DNA of 63,251 nucleotides, the filler included. It is 5 parts of 5 records of this genome, joined end to end, with 100 filler letters (N's around TTAATTAATTAA, not from the genome) between each part and the next. Parts side by side here need not be neighbours in the genome. Positions count along the whole stretch, not along the records: positions 22,868 to 38,813 come from SRR20825006_767; positions 38,914 to 51,816 come from SRR20825006_770; 3 more parts are not named here. One strand, given 5' to 3'. A program made the translations under genes and the position numbers. The notes under the pieces are model-generated. The model was not told the origin of the DNA. It worked only from the letters and a program-made list of their open reading frames with translations, and made no database searches. Shown piece after piece: positions 36,948 through 47,702 of this stretch; within the stretch, counting starts at the first letter, position 1, and each line of letters begins with the position of its first letter.

Positions 36948-37522
36948 TACGGCTTACCGGGGCGCAGGGTGCGGTTGCGTTCCAGCTGATCTACCGGAAA
37001 GCCCTTGTCCTCGGCCACCTGCACCAGTGCCTGGTACTGGTCATCGTTGAGCTCCGGCTGGCGCGCCAGTATCCACAGATATTCGCGGCTGGGTTCGCCG
37101 ATCACCACCGTCTGGTAGTCCTTATCCAGGGCGATTATCCAGTAGTTGCCTTCGGTAATGGTGGGAATCAGTTTCGATACCCAGTTATCAAAGCGCACTT
37201 TCAGCTTGGCATTGCCGGAATCGGGGACAATGCGCGCGGTGCCTTCGGCTTCACTGGCTTCGTCGCCTTCGCGCTGGCAACGGTTCACCACCTTGATAGT
37301 GCCATCGTCATTGGGGCTGTAGGTGGCGGTGGAGTCGTAGCAGCCGCGCTGAAACCATTGCGGCAGGCGGGCGATTTCATACCAGGTGCCGGCATAGCGT
37401 TGCAGGTCAACCTGATCTACCGTAGCCAGGGGTTTTTTGTCGCCGCCACAGGCGGCCAGGACCCCGCTGATCAGGGTGATGGCCAGTAGGCCGGTGACGC
37501 GGGCAGTGTGGGACACGAACAT
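36947..37522 (-). CDS. blc: Outer-membrane lipocalin lipoprotein
   Basis: LAAC lipobox, DL.RYAGTWYEIARLP, YWI, YLWILARQP. Confidence 0.9.
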   Translation of the reverse strand: MFVSHTARVTGLLAITLISGVLAACGGDKKPLATVDQVDLQRYAGTWYEIARLPQWFQRGCYDSTATYSPNDDGTIKVVNRCQREGDEASEAEGTARIVPDSGNAKLKVRFDNWVSKLIPTITEGNYWIIALDKDYQTVVIGEPSREYLWILARQPELNDDQYQALVQVAEDKGFPVDQLERNRTLRPGKP

Positions 37523-37632
37523 AAACCTCTCCTTTGGCACGGTAACGCCTACAGGCTATCGGCTTCTTGCTGGCGATCAAGCCCGTTTTGAACTGTCGTG
37601 CTATACTTCGGCGCTGTTTTAGGGAGCCCGAT

Positions 37633-38286
37633 TTGAGCCAGCCATCCACCCATTCTGATGCCGAAACCGCCCCCCGGCTTGTGCTGGAGCAGCTTAGCTG
37701 TGAGCGCGATGACCGGCTGTTGTTCAGCGGTTTGAGCTTGACCGCATCGGCCGGTGAAATCTGGCAGATCACCGGCGCCAACGGTGCCGGCAAAACCACG
37801 TTGTTACGCATTCTGGTGGGGCTGCACGGCTTCTATGAAGGCGTATGCCAGTGGTGGCAACCTCAATGGCAACAGGAATTACTCTACCTGGGTCACCAGC
37901 CAGGGGTACGTGAAGAGCTCAATCCACTGGAGAATCTGCGTTACGCCTGCGCGTTAAGCGAGCAGGGAGGCGACCCCATGGCGGCGTTGGCGGCGGTGGG
38001 CTTGCAAGGTTTTGAAGATGTGCCGGCGGCGCACTTGTCCGCCGGGCAAAAGCGCCGTATTGCGCTGGCGCGCCTGTGGCTGGAGCACAAGGCCGTGTGG
38101 GTGCTGGATGAGCCTTATACCGCCATCGATCAGGATGGGGTGGCGGCGCTGGACCAGCAGATCCAGCAGGCGGCCCAGGCTGGCGCGTTGGTGATCTATA
38201 CCTCCCATCACCAGGTTGGCGATGGCGTGCGGCAACTGCATCTGGCCCACGGGCAGGCGGAAGTGACGGAAGGGGGGCAGCCATGA
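37633..38286 (+). CDS. ccmA: Heme ABC exporter ATPase
   Basis: [39 protein letters not shown] start inferred from the GGAG RBS. Confidence 0.92.
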   Translation: MSQPSTHSDAETAPRLVLEQLSCERDDRLLFSGLSLTASAGEIWQITGANGAGKTTLLRILVGLHGFYEGVCQWWQPQWQQELLYLGHQPGVREELNPLENLRYACALSEQGGDPMAALAAVGLQGFEDVPAAHLSAGQKRRIALARLWLEHKAVWVLDEPYTAIDQDGVAALDQQIQQAAQAGALVIYTSHHQVGDGVRQLHLAHGQAEVTEGGQP

Positions 38287-38813
38287 GCGTATTTCGTGCG
38301 GCCCTGGTCCGGGAATTATTGGTGTTATGGCGTAGCCCGGCAGAAATCATCAATCCGCTGTTTTTCTTTGTGATGGTGATCAGCCTGTTTCCGTTGGCGA
38401 TTTCGCCGAAACCGGAACTGCTGGCGCTGGTGGCTCCCGGCGTACTCTGGGTGGCGGCGTTGCTGGCGGTGATGCTGTCGCTGGATGGCCTGTTTCGGCG
38501 CGACCAGGAAAGCGGCGTGCTGGAATTGCTGCTCACCGCGCCGGTGATGGCGGTGGTGCCAGTGAGTGCCAAACTGCTGGCGCACTGGCTGCTGACCGGT
38601 TTGCCGCTGGTGCTGATCTCCCCAGTGCTGGCGCATATGCTGCAGCTGCCTGATGGGGTGCTGGGTACAGTGATGCTGAGTTTGCTGTTGGGGACCCCGG
38701 CGCTGACCATTATCGGCGCCATCGGTGCGGCGCTCACCGTGGGCCTGAATCGGGGGGGGATTCTGTTGGCGGTGTTGGTGTTGCCGCTGTACATTCCGGT
38801 GCTGATTTTTGGC
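38283..38813 (+). CDS. ccmB: Heme exporter permease (truncated by the contig end)
   Basis: NPL.FF, LFPLAI, LWVAALL, LVLPLYIPVLIFG. Confidence 0.92.
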
Positions 38814-38913
38814 NNNNNNNNNNNNNNNNNNNNNNNNNNNNNNNNNNNNNNNNNNNNTTAATTAATTAANNNNNNNNNNNNNNNNNNNNNNNNNNNNNNN
38901 NNNNNNNNNNNNN
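38814..38913. other. Artificial contig spacer
   Basis: N-run with TTAATTAATTAA. Confidence 0.99.
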
Positions 38914-38914
38914 A

Positions 38915-39367
38915 TGGTTCAGCCTGCAGGTCCGGACCGAGGAGGTCATGCTTGACGGCGTGCGGCAGGCTGCCCCGATCCTGGAAAATTTTCTTGAAGC
39001 CGAATTGAAGCGCACCGGTCTTGGCTGGGACCGTCTGGCGCTGGTCGGGTTCTCCCAGGGCACCATGATGTCGTTGCATCTGGCGCCGCGCCTGAAACAG
39101 GCTCCCGCCGGTGTGGTGGGCTATTCCGGCGCGCTTGTCGCTGGTGGCTTGCTGGCCGGGGAAGTGGCCGGAAAACCGCCTGTCTCGCTGGTCCACGGAC
39201 TGGCGGACGAGGTCGTGCCGCATGCGGCGATGCCGGCCGCCGAAGCGGCGTTGCAGGCCGTGGGGATCGAGGTCGAATCGTTGTCCCGCCCCGGATTGGG
39301 GCATGGCATTGATGAGGAAGGGCTGGGCCGGGGGCTTGCCTTTCTACAGCGCGTGCTACCTCAATAG
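38915..39367 (+). CDS. Phospholipase/carboxylesterase (3' part)
   Basis: GFSQG nucleophile motif, HG.AD.VVP, GHGI. Confidence 0.9.
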   Translation, partial: WFSLQVRTEEVMLDGVRQAAPILENFLEAELKRTGLGWDRLALVGFSQGTMMSLHLAPRLKQAPAGVVGYSGALVAGGLLAGEVAGKPPVSLVHGLADEVVPHAAMPAAEAALQAVGIEVESLSRPGLGHGIDEEGLGRGLAFLQRVLPQ

Positions 39368-39440
39368 CGGCAAGCAGCAAGGCTTTCCCGCGATCCGGGA
39401 GAAGACCCGCAATTTCTCCGGTGACAAGTTCGAAAAACCG

Positions 39441-39541
39441 TAACAATATATTGATATCAAGCGGGTGCTCCTGGAGCACAAGACGTTGGAAACTGAGGTC
39501 GACGAGACATGAACATCGTTATACCCCACAACATATTGTGG
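39441..39541. promoter_or_regulatory. Two NrdR-box-like palindromes
   Basis: TAACAATATATTGATA (39441-39456) and CCACAACATATTGTGG (39526-39541), against acaCwAtATaTwGtgt. Confidence 0.6.
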
Positions 39542-39606
39542 CCGGGCGTGACGCGCCCCCGCCAGTTTCCTAGTCGGTAATTCCTCGGCAGGTCGGAGAG
39601 AAACGC

Positions 39607-40200
39607 GTGAACGCCCTATCAGCAGCTCATCCTTCTCCGGCCCTTGTTTTGAACGCTGATTTCAGACCGCTCAGCTACTTTCCCCTATCCCTCTGGTCCT
39701 GGCAGGACGTCGTCAAGGCGGTGTTCCTGGACCGGGTCAATATCCTCTCCGAATATGATCACGTGGTGCGCTCGCCGAGCTTCGAGATGAAGCTGCCGAG
39801 CGTGATCGCGCTGAAGGAGTTCGTGCCGCAATCCCGGCGCCCGGCCTTCACCCGGTTCAACGTGTTCCTGCGGGACCGGTTCAGCTGCCAGTATTGCGAC
39901 ACAAGGTTCCCGACACAGGAACTGACTTTCGATCACGTCATACCGCGTTCCCGCGGCGGCAGGACCAGTTGGGAGAATGTCGTGACCGCCTGCGGTTATT
40001 GCAATCTGCACAAGGGCAACAAGATGCCGACGCCACGCGGCTTCATGCCGATCGTCAAGCCGGTGCAGCCGTCAACATATCTGCTGCAGGAAAACGGCCG
40101 GGCCTTTCCGCCCAACTACCTGCATGAAAGCTGGCGTGACTATCTCTACTGGGATAGCGAACTTGAGCAAGACGCATTCGAAACCCGTCCGGGTTTTTAG
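39607..40200 (+). CDS. HNH endonuclease (McrA/HNH_5-like)
   Basis: LVLNAD..PL, RD...CQYC, TFDHVIPRSRGG..SW.N.V.ACGYCN..KG. GTG start. Confidence 0.92.
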   Translation: MNALSAAHPSPALVLNADFRPLSYFPLSLWSWQDVVKAVFLDRVNILSEYDHVVRSPSFEMKLPSVIALKEFVPQSRRPAFTRFNVFLRDRFSCQYCDTRFPTQELTFDHVIPRSRGGRTSWENVVTACGYCNLHKGNKMPTPRGFMPIVKPVQPSTYLLQENGRAFPPNYLHESWRDYLYWDSELEQDAFETRPGF

Positions 40201-40404
40201 CTCAAATTCTATTTTACTTCGTTTCATTCCACTCTACTGATGCCACCTTCGATTTTATTGCCTGAGAAGGCATTTTTCCCGGATATGCATTTGTAAATAG
40301 TCATATTTTTAGTGTAGGTATTGGGCGTAAATTAACTCCCACCGACCGTTCGGGCCCTCCCGATCGACAATCTCTTTTTCTCAGCAATCCGAGAGTGAGC
40401 AGGC

Positions 40405-42015
40405 ATGCGCTTTAATCACCTGATCGCCATACTTATTGGCGCGATCCTGGCTATCATCGCCGGGATCATCGGCTTGAACTTCATGTCCCAGAAAGATGCG
40501 TTGACCCAGGCCAGGATTGAGCAGGCGTCCCACATCACGGAAGGGGCCCTGGAAATTCTTAAAAATGAGCTGGATAAGGGCAAGAGTCTCGACGAGGCGA
40601 AAGAAGCGATCCGTAATTTCCGCTTCAACAACGGCAATTACGTCTTCCTGGTCGACGATAAGTTCTGTCTTGTTCTGTACCCTTCAAAGCCGCAGGACGA
40701 AGGCTCGTGCGATCCGAAGTCGGACAGCCGGAACGGGTTGTGGGATCTCGCGAAGGCCGGTGGCGGTGCCTATAGCTATTCGACCCGGGGAGGGCTTCGG
40801 AAGATATCCTATGCCCGCCCGGTTCCCGGCCAGAAGGTCTACCTTGCCAGCGGGATCTATCTCGATGATCTCGATGAAAAACTGAGCCAGGAGCTGATCC
40901 AGCAAACCCTGATTGCCATAGCGCTCTGCGCGGTTATCGGTCTGGTTCTGTTCTACTTCATCTCCCGTCTGCGCCGGGATATCGACCGGATCAATTCCGG
41001 CCTGAACGCGGTTGCGTCCGGCAATACGAAGTTCAAGGAACCGGCACGGGCATCGGTTGGCGAAATCGAGCAGATGCGGCAGGCTCTTCTGGTGCTGCGC
41101 GACCGGGTTGCCGAAAACGAGGCACTGCGGGTTCAGCAGGCGGAAGCCGAGCGCGGCAATCTTGAGGAACGCAAACGCACCCAGGATGCCCTGGCTGACG
41201 GGTTCGAGCGGGATATCGGCGGAGCGACGGAGAGTTTGTCGGCGACTGTGCAGGACATGTCGAAAAATGCCGCCGACATGCAGGAAGTCGCAAACCGGAC
41301 GACGGCACAGGCCCAGAACGCGGCTCGCCTGACGGAACAGGCGTCAGACTATGTCAATTCCGTCGCCACGGCGGCTGAGCAACTGACGGCCTCGATCTCG
41401 GAGATCAGCCGGCAGACCAGTGAGGCGACCACGATCTCCGGCGATGCCGTGGACCGGGCGGAGACGACCAACAAGATCGTTGCTTCGCTTGAAGTGTCGG
41501 CGAACGAGATCGGTGAAGTGGTTGCGCTGATCAGCGAGATCGCCGAACAGACCAATCTTCTTGCTCTCAATGCCACCATCGAGGCGGCGCGGGCCGGTGA
41601 GGCGGGCAAGGGCTTTGCCGTTGTCGCCTCTGAGGTGAAGAACCTGGCGAGCCAGACCGCGAAGGCGACGGACGACATCCGCACGAAAATCGGCAGCGTA
41701 CAGTCCGAAACGGCCAGCGCCGTCGAGGCCATCGGACAGATCAAGCAGGTGATTTCCCAAATCAACGAGGTCGGTGGTTCCCTTGCCTCCGCTGTTGAGG
41801 AGCAAAGCGCCGCAACTCAGGAGATCGTGCAGAATGTTCAGGCTGCCGCCAACGGATCTGCAAGTGTCGCCGCCGAGGTGAACAATCTGAACGAGTCCGC
41901 AGCCCAGACCGAGACCTACGCGGCCAAGGTCAATGAGTTCGCGGACAAGCTGGGCGATGTGGCGATGGATCTGCGCCAGCGGGCGGGCGCGTTCCTTGCC
42001 GGAGTGCGATCCTGA
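40405..42015 (+). CDS. Methyl-accepting chemotaxis protein with Cache-type sensor
   Basis: Two TM segments, [34 protein letters not shown]. Confidence 0.95.
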   Translation: MRFNHLIAILIGAILAIIAGIIGLNFMSQKDALTQARIEQASHITEGALEILKNELDKGKSLDEAKEAIRNFRFNNGNYVFLVDDKFCLVLYPSKPQDEGSCDPKSDSRNGLWDLAKAGGGAYSYSTRGGLRKISYARPVPGQKVYLASGIYLDDLDEKLSQELIQQTLIAIALCAVIGLVLFYFISRLRRDIDRINSGLNAVASGNTKFKEPARASVGEIEQMRQALLVLRDRVAENEALRVQQAEAERGNLEERKRTQDALADGFERDIGGATESLSATVQDMSKNAADMQEVANRTTAQAQNAARLTEQASDYVNSVATAAEQLTASISEISRQTSEATTISGDAVDRAETTNKIVASLEVSANEIGEVVALISEIAEQTNLLALNATIEAARAGEAGKGFAVVASEVKNLASQTAKATDDIRTKIGSVQSETASAVEAIGQIKQVISQINEVGGSLASAVEEQSAATQEIVQNVQAAANGSASVAAEVNNLNESAAQTETYAAKVNEFADKLGDVAMDLRQRAGAFLAGVRS

Positions 42016-42041
42016 TAATCGTCATTCATATCTGGACTTAT

Positions 42042-42068
42042 GGGGAGGCAGTCTTGCCTCCCCTTTTT
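42042..42068 (+). terminator. Intrinsic terminator
   Basis: GGGGAGGCA-GTCT-TGCCTCCCC-TTTTT. Confidence 0.85.
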
Positions 42069-42100
42069 ATTGGCGGCGAGGCAGGGTTGCTTGTGTGCGT

Positions 42101-43321
42101 TCAGAGAGCCGCCTGAAGCCCCCATCCCACCAGCGCACCGAGCAGCACGACCAGCCAGGGCGGCAGCTTCCAGGCTGTCAGCGCGAGATAGGCCGCCGCA
42201 ACCAGGGCGAAGTCTGCTGGCGACACTACGGCGCCGGTGAAAACCGGATCGTAGAGCGCGGCGAGGATGAGGCCGACAACCGCCGCATTGACGCCGCGCA
42301 ATGCCGCATGCGCCTTGCTGTTACCTCTCAGTTTTGCCCAGAAGGGAAGGGCGGCCGGGACCAGCAGGAAGCTGGAGAAGAAGATTGCGAGCAGCGCTGC
42401 TGCGGCATAGGGGATCTCGCTGCCGGACGGAGCGATGACGGCGCCGAGATAGGCGGCAAAGGTGAAGAGCGGCCCCGGTACGGCCTGCGCCATGCCGTAT
42501 CCTGCGAGAAATGCGTCATTGCCGATAATGCCCGTCGGCACGATCTCCGCCTGCAGCATCGGCAGGACAATATGCCCGCCGCCGAAAACAAGTGCGCCGA
42601 CCCGGTAGAAAATATCGGTGAGCTGGAGAAGCGGTTGGCCGGACTGTGCGGCCAGCAAGGGCAGGCCAACCAGCAGTCCGGCAAACAGGGCGAAAAGCGC
42701 CAGCGCTGTCTTTGTGCCGATCCCCGGCTTCATGGTCGTGCCAGTCGGGGGAGTGTCTCCTGATTTCGGCAACAACAGTCCGGCAATGGCCCCGGCAACG
42801 ATTACCAGCAACTGGCCATAGGCTGGTGCCACCATGAGCATGAAGGCGGCGGCGCAGACGGCGAGGGTCGCGCGTGGAGCATCGGGGCAGAGGGAGCGCC
42901 CCATCTGCAATGCGGCCTGCGCCACCACGGCGACAGCGACCAGTTTCAGTCCGTGCAGCCAGCCTTGTCCTTCCGCTCCGCCTGCTACAGTGACGCCATA
43001 GGCGAAGGCAACCAGCAGGGCGGCCGATGGCAGGGTGAAGCCGATCCAGGCGGCCAGTGCGCCGGGAATGCCGCCGCGCAGCAGGCCGATGGCAAAGCCG
43101 ACCTGGCTGCTGGCCGGGCCGGGCAGAAACTGGCAAAGCGCCACCAGTTCCGAATAGGTTCCGTCATCGAACCATTTCCGGCGTTCAACAAATTCGGTGC
43201 GGAAATAGCCGATATGGGCGACCGGGCCGCCGAAGCTGGTGCAGCCGAGCTTCAGGAAGATCACCAGGATTTCGAACCAGGAAATGCGGTCCGGCGTGTG
43301 TTCCTGTGGCTGCGCGTTCAT
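42101..43321 (-). CDS. chrA: Chromate efflux transporter
   Basis: SFGGP.AH, CQFLPGPASSQ, VFGGGH.VLP, AQAVPGP. Confidence 0.92.
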   Translation of the reverse strand: MNAQPQEHTPDRISWFEILVIFLKLGCTSFGGPVAHIGYFRTEFVERRKWFDDGTYSELVALCQFLPGPASSQVGFAIGLLRGGIPGALAAWIGFTLPSAALLVAFAYGVTVAGGAEGQGWLHGLKLVAVAVVAQAALQMGRSLCPDAPRATLAVCAAAFMLMVAPAYGQLLVIVAGAIAGLLLPKSGDTPPTGTTMKPGIGTKTALALFALFAGLLVGLPLLAAQSGQPLLQLTDIFYRVGALVFGGGHIVLPMLQAEIVPTGIIGNDAFLAGYGMAQAVPGPLFTFAAYLGAVIAPSGSEIPYAAAALLAIFFSSFLLVPAALPFWAKLRGNSKAHAALRGVNAAVVGLILAALYDPVFTGAVVSPADFALVAAAYLALTAWKLPPWLVVLLGALVGWGLQAAL

Positions 43322-43325
43322 GGGA

Positions 43326-43847
43326 TCAGGCCCGGCGCGGCAGGCTGAGCGCGACGGCAAGGCAGCCCGCAAGGGCTGAAAGCAGGAAATTATATCCGGC
43401 CATCGAGATACCGAACATTTCCCAGGCGATGTCCGTACAGCGGACGATTGGCTGGTTCATGAGCTGCGCCTTCAGCGCTTCCAGACTGTCCGGCATGGAG
43501 GTCGCGCCGCATTCGGCGGTGCCTTCCCACCAGAGCTGTTCGACACCGACATGGAAAAGCCCGACGCCGGCGCTGATGAGCAGCGCCAAGCCACCCAGTA
43601 CACAAAGCCACCGTGAGGCTTTCGGGGCGCGATTGACGAAAGCGAGGGCCAGCAGACCGAGAACGATAGCGGCCGCATGTGGATAACGCTGATAGAGGCA
43701 GAGGACGCAGGGGGCGAGGCCGCCGATATACTGGAAGGCAAACGCACCACCGAGCATGGAAGAGGCGAAAGCGACGAGTCCGGCTGGAATGAACCAGGCC
43801 GGAAGGGCTCCGATCATAGGTCTCACAATCCCGGTCTCCATGGCCAT
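43326..43847 (-). CDS. dsbB: Disulfide bond formation protein B family
   Basis: PCVLCLYQR, HVGVE..WW.G...C, V.C....W..FGISMA. Confidence 0.85.
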   Translation of the reverse strand: MAMETGIVRPMIGALPAWFIPAGLVAFASSMLGGAFAFQYIGGLAPCVLCLYQRYPHAAAIVLGLLALAFVNRAPKASRWLCVLGGLALLISAGVGLFHVGVEQLWWEGTAECGATSMPDSLEALKAQLMNQPIVRCTDIAWEMFGISMAGYNFLLSALAGCLAVALSLPRRA

Positions 43848-43943
43848 ATTCCAGACAGTTCGGCGGATGGTTCCGCCGGTTCTATCGCCCCTGCGGGAGA
43901 GGTCAAGTCCCGTAGCCGTTACCCCCGCTGCCGTTACCGGAAC

Positions 43944-45146
43944 TCACGCGGTTTTCCCGGCTCGCGTGGCCGCCCGCAGGTAGCAGAAAAACCCGATGAT
44001 CGAGGTGCCGACGACCACTTCGAGCGCGAAGTCGTATCCGCCAATTTCCCAGAACAGGGAGCCGAGGAAAGGAGCAGCGGCGAAGCAGGCGAGATAGGGC
44101 AGGGCCATGGCGCCGGCGATCGAGCCGAAATTCGTCTCGCCCATGATCTCACGGGTGACCACCGGCTTCATGATGCTCGTCAGCCCGTAGCCGCTGCCCT
44201 GCAGGAAGACGAAGCCGACAAGCAGGATCGGCCATGCGCCGGCGCCGATCAGCAGGACGCAGGCAATGGCGACGGCGATGAAGCAATAACACATGGCAAC
44301 GAAGTTCGAGATGTAGCGCTCGACCGCCATCATCACCACCCGGCCGAGCACCTGCATCGGGCCGATCATCGATGCGGCCGCGACGGCGATGGCGGCGTCG
44401 ACGCCCCGTTCCTTCAGCAAGGGCAGCAGGTGGTTGATGACCACGCCATGGGAAATCGCCATCAGGGAGAAGCCGATGGCGAGCAGCCAGAAGGTCGGGT
44501 TGGCGAGGAAAGCTGATTTCTTCGGTTGTACGGCAGTATGTGCGCCGGAGCTCGCTGCTGGCGGGGGCACATGGGTCGTTCTGGTGCGTTCCAGCTCGCG
44601 CGTTCCCGCGATCATCAGTGGCAATGCGACAAGACAGACGGCGGCGCCCGCAACCTGAACCGCGAGGTGCCAGTCAGCGTAAGCGACAAGGGCATGCGCG
44701 CTTGGAAAGGACACGGTGCCGGCAAACCCGGCGGCCAGCGTGATGAGTGTAATTCCGCGCTTCGCGGAAACGCCCCGGGTCCGGGTGACCAGCATGAAGC
44801 AGGGCTCGTAAAGGCAGGCGGACATGGCCATGCCGAGCCCGCACCAGACGGCGTAGAAGACAGGCAGGCTGTCCACCAGGGAGAGCAGGGCGATCAGGAT
44901 GCCGCCGATCAGCGTTCCGCCGCTGAGAACCGCCGCTCCATGTCCCCGGTCGACCAGATTGCCAACGATGGGAGAGCAGAGCGCGCTCATCGCAATGGAG
45001 GCGGTGAAGGCACCGGTCAACTCCGTCTTCGACCAGCCGAGATCGGCCTCCCAATGCACCAGCAGGGCCGGGAAGATGTAATAAAGGCCAGCCCAGACAA
45101 TGGTTTCCGCGACGGCGAGCAGGGCGATGGGTTTGTCGAGGCGCAT
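43944..45146 (-). CDS. MFS transporter
   Basis: About 12 TM segments, G.LVDR.HG, LYEP.F. Confidence 0.88.
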   Translation of the reverse strand: MRLDKPIALLAVAETIVWAGLYYIFPALLVHWEADLGWSKTELTGAFTASIAMSALCSPIVGNLVDRGHGAAVLSGGTLIGGILIALLSLVDSLPVFYAVWCGLGMAMSACLYEPCFMLVTRTRGVSAKRGITLITLAAGFAGTVSFPSAHALVAYADWHLAVQVAGAAVCLVALPLMIAGTRELERTRTTHVPPPAASSGAHTAVQPKKSAFLANPTFWLLAIGFSLMAISHGVVINHLLPLLKERGVDAAIAVAAASMIGPMQVLGRVVMMAVERYISNFVAMCYCFIAVAIACVLLIGAGAWPILLVGFVFLQGSGYGLTSIMKPVVTREIMGETNFGSIAGAMALPYLACFAAAPFLGSLFWEIGGYDFALEVVVGTSIIGFFCYLRAATRAGKTA

Positions 45147-45181
45147 ATCGGATCAATCCTCGCCCAGGTGATGTGTGCCGG

Positions 45182-46198
45182 TCATGCCGAGGCTCCTTGG
45201 ACAACGGCTGTCCGGTCCGGGCCGTGATGCACCGCCCATTCCATGCCGTCCGCGCCGAAGTTGCATGAGAAGGTCGCCAGCGTGTAGCTGTCGCTCGCAT
45301 CATGTTCAGCCCGGCACAGAATGGGGAATTCCTGGACTGTGCGGTCGAACAGGATTGTCAAAGCATCGCGCTCTCCGGCGCGCAGCATTGCGTCCGCCCG
45401 TGCCTGCCGTTCGCGGGAGGAGTCCGAGACGGTCTGCGCGATGCCGGAGAATGCGGGCCGGATCAGATGATTTGTATGGGCGTGCGGCGCCGTTACTTCG
45501 AGAGCGGCCATCCCGCTTGCCGGAGCTTCGACCGAAATCATCCGTCCGGTGCTGTTGGCGAAATTATGATGGAAACCGGAAGCCCGATCGGTGCGTCCGA
45601 CGATTTCCAGCACCTGCTCCAGTGTCGTGGCAGAGAGCACGGCGCGGGTGATGACATGCCGGGGAATGCCGATTGTCAGGTCATGCGGGCGGATATTGTT
45701 GATGGTCTGGACGATGCCTGCCGCGTTCCAGCCAAAGGCGTGGCCCGGCAGCATGCCGGGGTAGCAATAGGCGGAGAAAGCTGGACCGGTTTCCGGCTTG
45801 AAGTGGGCGATGAAGCCCTGCCCCGCCAGTTCCGGTGCGCCGTCCTCGTTATGGGCGAGCATTGCTGGACGATCACCTTCAGCCGGCAGCATCAGGCTGG
45901 TGCAGGCATCCTCGTCACTGCGCACCAGATCCCGGAGATCACCCCGGCAATTCCAGAGGAAAACCTTCTCGAAAGGCTGTCCGGCGCCGTCCGCGATGCC
46001 TTCGATTTCCCGGACATAGTTGGGGAAGGCATGGCGGGCGGCGGCTTCCAGACCCTTCAGGCGCTCGGAGTTTAGCCATTGCTCCAGAGTGCGGAACTGT
46101 GGTGTCGCGAAGGAAGCTTCGGCGATTGCTTTCGAGGCTTTTCGCCCAAGCCCGTAACCGAGCTCGTAAGCGGAGCCTTTGAGGGTGATCTGGTCCAT
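45182..46198 (-). CDS. C45-family autoproteolytic Ntn hydrolase/acyltransferase
   Basis: EIEGIADG, CTS cleavage site, AHNED, HTNH, SS..R. Confidence 0.85.
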   Translation of the reverse strand: MDQITLKGSAYELGYGLGRKASKAIAEASFATPQFRTLEQWLNSERLKGLEAAARHAFPNYVREIEGIADGAGQPFEKVFLWNCRGDLRDLVRSDEDACTSLMLPAEGDRPAMLAHNEDGAPELAGQGFIAHFKPETGPAFSAYCYPGMLPGHAFGWNAAGIVQTINNIRPHDLTIGIPRHVITRAVLSATTLEQVLEIVGRTDRASGFHHNFANSTGRMISVEAPASGMAALEVTAPHAHTNHLIRPAFSGIAQTVSDSSRERQARADAMLRAGERDALTILFDRTVQEFPILCRAEHDASDSYTLATFSCNFGADGMEWAVHHGPDRTAVVQGASA

Positions 46199-46363
46199 TG
46201 CGATGGTCTTTTCGTTTTATCGTTTCTTGTGCTTCGCGCGGGGCGCCTTACGGCGACGTGAAGGAAGGTGAGGGTGCGGAGATTGCCGCGAGGCAATACC
46301 ATACGCACATTGTCACCTGAATCCAGCGGTGCTGACCCGAATTGCCGAGCGGAGTATGCAGGG

Positions 46364-47197
46364 ATGAGTTTTCTGACGCGGGCTGTTGCGCTGCTTGTCG
46401 TTGTAGCTGCCTGGAGCATGCCGGCCGGTGCGGCGCCGAAAGCCGTGCTTTGGGATGTCTGGACGGCGCATGATCCGGCCAGCGGCATCGCTGTGGATCA
46501 TACGGATTGGGACCGGTTTCTTGGGCACTATGTCCGGCCGGGAAACGACGGCATAAACCGGGTAGCCTATGGAGCCGTAACGCCGGAGGACAGGGCGAAA
46601 CTCGATGGCTATATCGATATGCTCGTGTCCGTCCCCGTGCATTCCCTGTCCCGAGCAGAACAACTTCCGTTCTGGGTCAATCTCTATAACGCTCTGACTG
46701 TCCGCGTGGTGCTGGAGCATTATCCGGTCGCCTCGATCCGTGACATCGACATTTCGCCCGGCTTCTTCGCCGACGGGCCGTGGGGGAAGAAGCTGGTTAC
46801 GGTGGAAGGCGAAGCGATCTCGCTTGACGATATCGAGCATCGCATCCTGCGCCCGATCTGGCGCGATCCGCGCATCCATTATGCCGTGAACTGCGCCTCT
46901 GTCGGGTGCCCAAACCTGCTGCCGCATGCGATGACGATTGAGAACGCAGAAGCTTTTCTGGAGGCGGCGGCGACTGCCTTCATCAATCATCCGCGCGGTG
47001 CCTGGATCGAGGAGGGAAAGCTCTACGTCTCCAGCATCTATGACTGGTTCGAAGCGGATTTTGGTGGTGGCGATGCCGGTGTGATCGCACATCTGCGGAG
47101 CTATGCGAAAGGCGAACTCGCCACTGCCCTAAAGGGACTCTATCTGATCGAGGATGACAGCTATGACTGGCGTCTGAACGGAACGGCATTGCCGTAG
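46364..47197 (+). CDS. DUF547-domain secreted protein
   Basis: FW.NLYNALT, SLDDIEH.ILR, DPRIHYAVNCAS.GCP, YDW.LN. Confidence 0.9.
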   Translation: MSFLTRAVALLVVVAAWSMPAGAAPKAVLWDVWTAHDPASGIAVDHTDWDRFLGHYVRPGNDGINRVAYGAVTPEDRAKLDGYIDMLVSVPVHSLSRAEQLPFWVNLYNALTVRVVLEHYPVASIRDIDISPGFFADGPWGKKLVTVEGEAISLDDIEHRILRPIWRDPRIHYAVNCASVGCPNLLPHAMTIENAEAFLEAAATAFINHPRGAWIEEGKLYVSSIYDWFEADFGGGDAGVIAHLRSYAKGELATALKGLYLIEDDSYDWRLNGTALP

Positions 47198-47225
47198 GAC
47201 GTTAGACCCGCCGACGCTGTAGCGC
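47149..47225 (+). repeat. 77-bp direct repeat, left copy
   Basis: 67/77 identical to 48601-48677 by manual alignment. Confidence 0.9.
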
Positions 47226-47309
47226 TGGCGGGTCTAACGCGGTCAGGAGAACACGGCCAATATTGCGTCGGCCTGGGCATTGGTCTCCTCCCGTTAGGAA
47301 CGCGTCGGG

Positions 47310-47666
47310 CTACAGGCTTGCTCCATCGAATTTCTGCAGGGGCAGGCTGTCGATATCCACGCTGTCCAGGCAGCGCACATTAATGGCGCGCATTTCAACG
47401 CCGTCCGGCCCCACACCTTTGCCGAATGGTTTCGCACCGCAGGTTTTACAGAACAGGTGGTGGATGTTCTTGGCGCCGAACTGGTAATCCGTCAGGTTAT
47501 CTTCGCCCTTCAGCAGAGTGAATTTATCCTTTGAAGTAAATCCGAGTATCGTGCCGTGACGGCGGCAAATGGAGCAATTACAGGTAATTAGCTGATCCAG
47601 CGCCAATGTCGCCTCGTACTCCACTGCGCCGCAGTGACAGCTTCCATGATAGATTTTCTCACTCAT
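47310..47666 (-). CDS. GFA/CENP-V family protein
   Basis: GSCHCG, CNCSIC, FCKTCG, AINVRCL. Confidence 0.92.
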   Translation of the reverse strand: MSEKIYHGSCHCGAVEYEATLALDQLITCNCSICRRHGTILGFTSKDKFTLLKGEDNLTDYQFGAKNIHHLFCKTCGAKPFGKGVGPDGVEMRAINVRCLDSVDIDSLPLQKFDGASL

Positions 47667-47702
47667 ATTCTGTTCCTAACGTTCTGATGTGCCGATGAGT
47701 GA

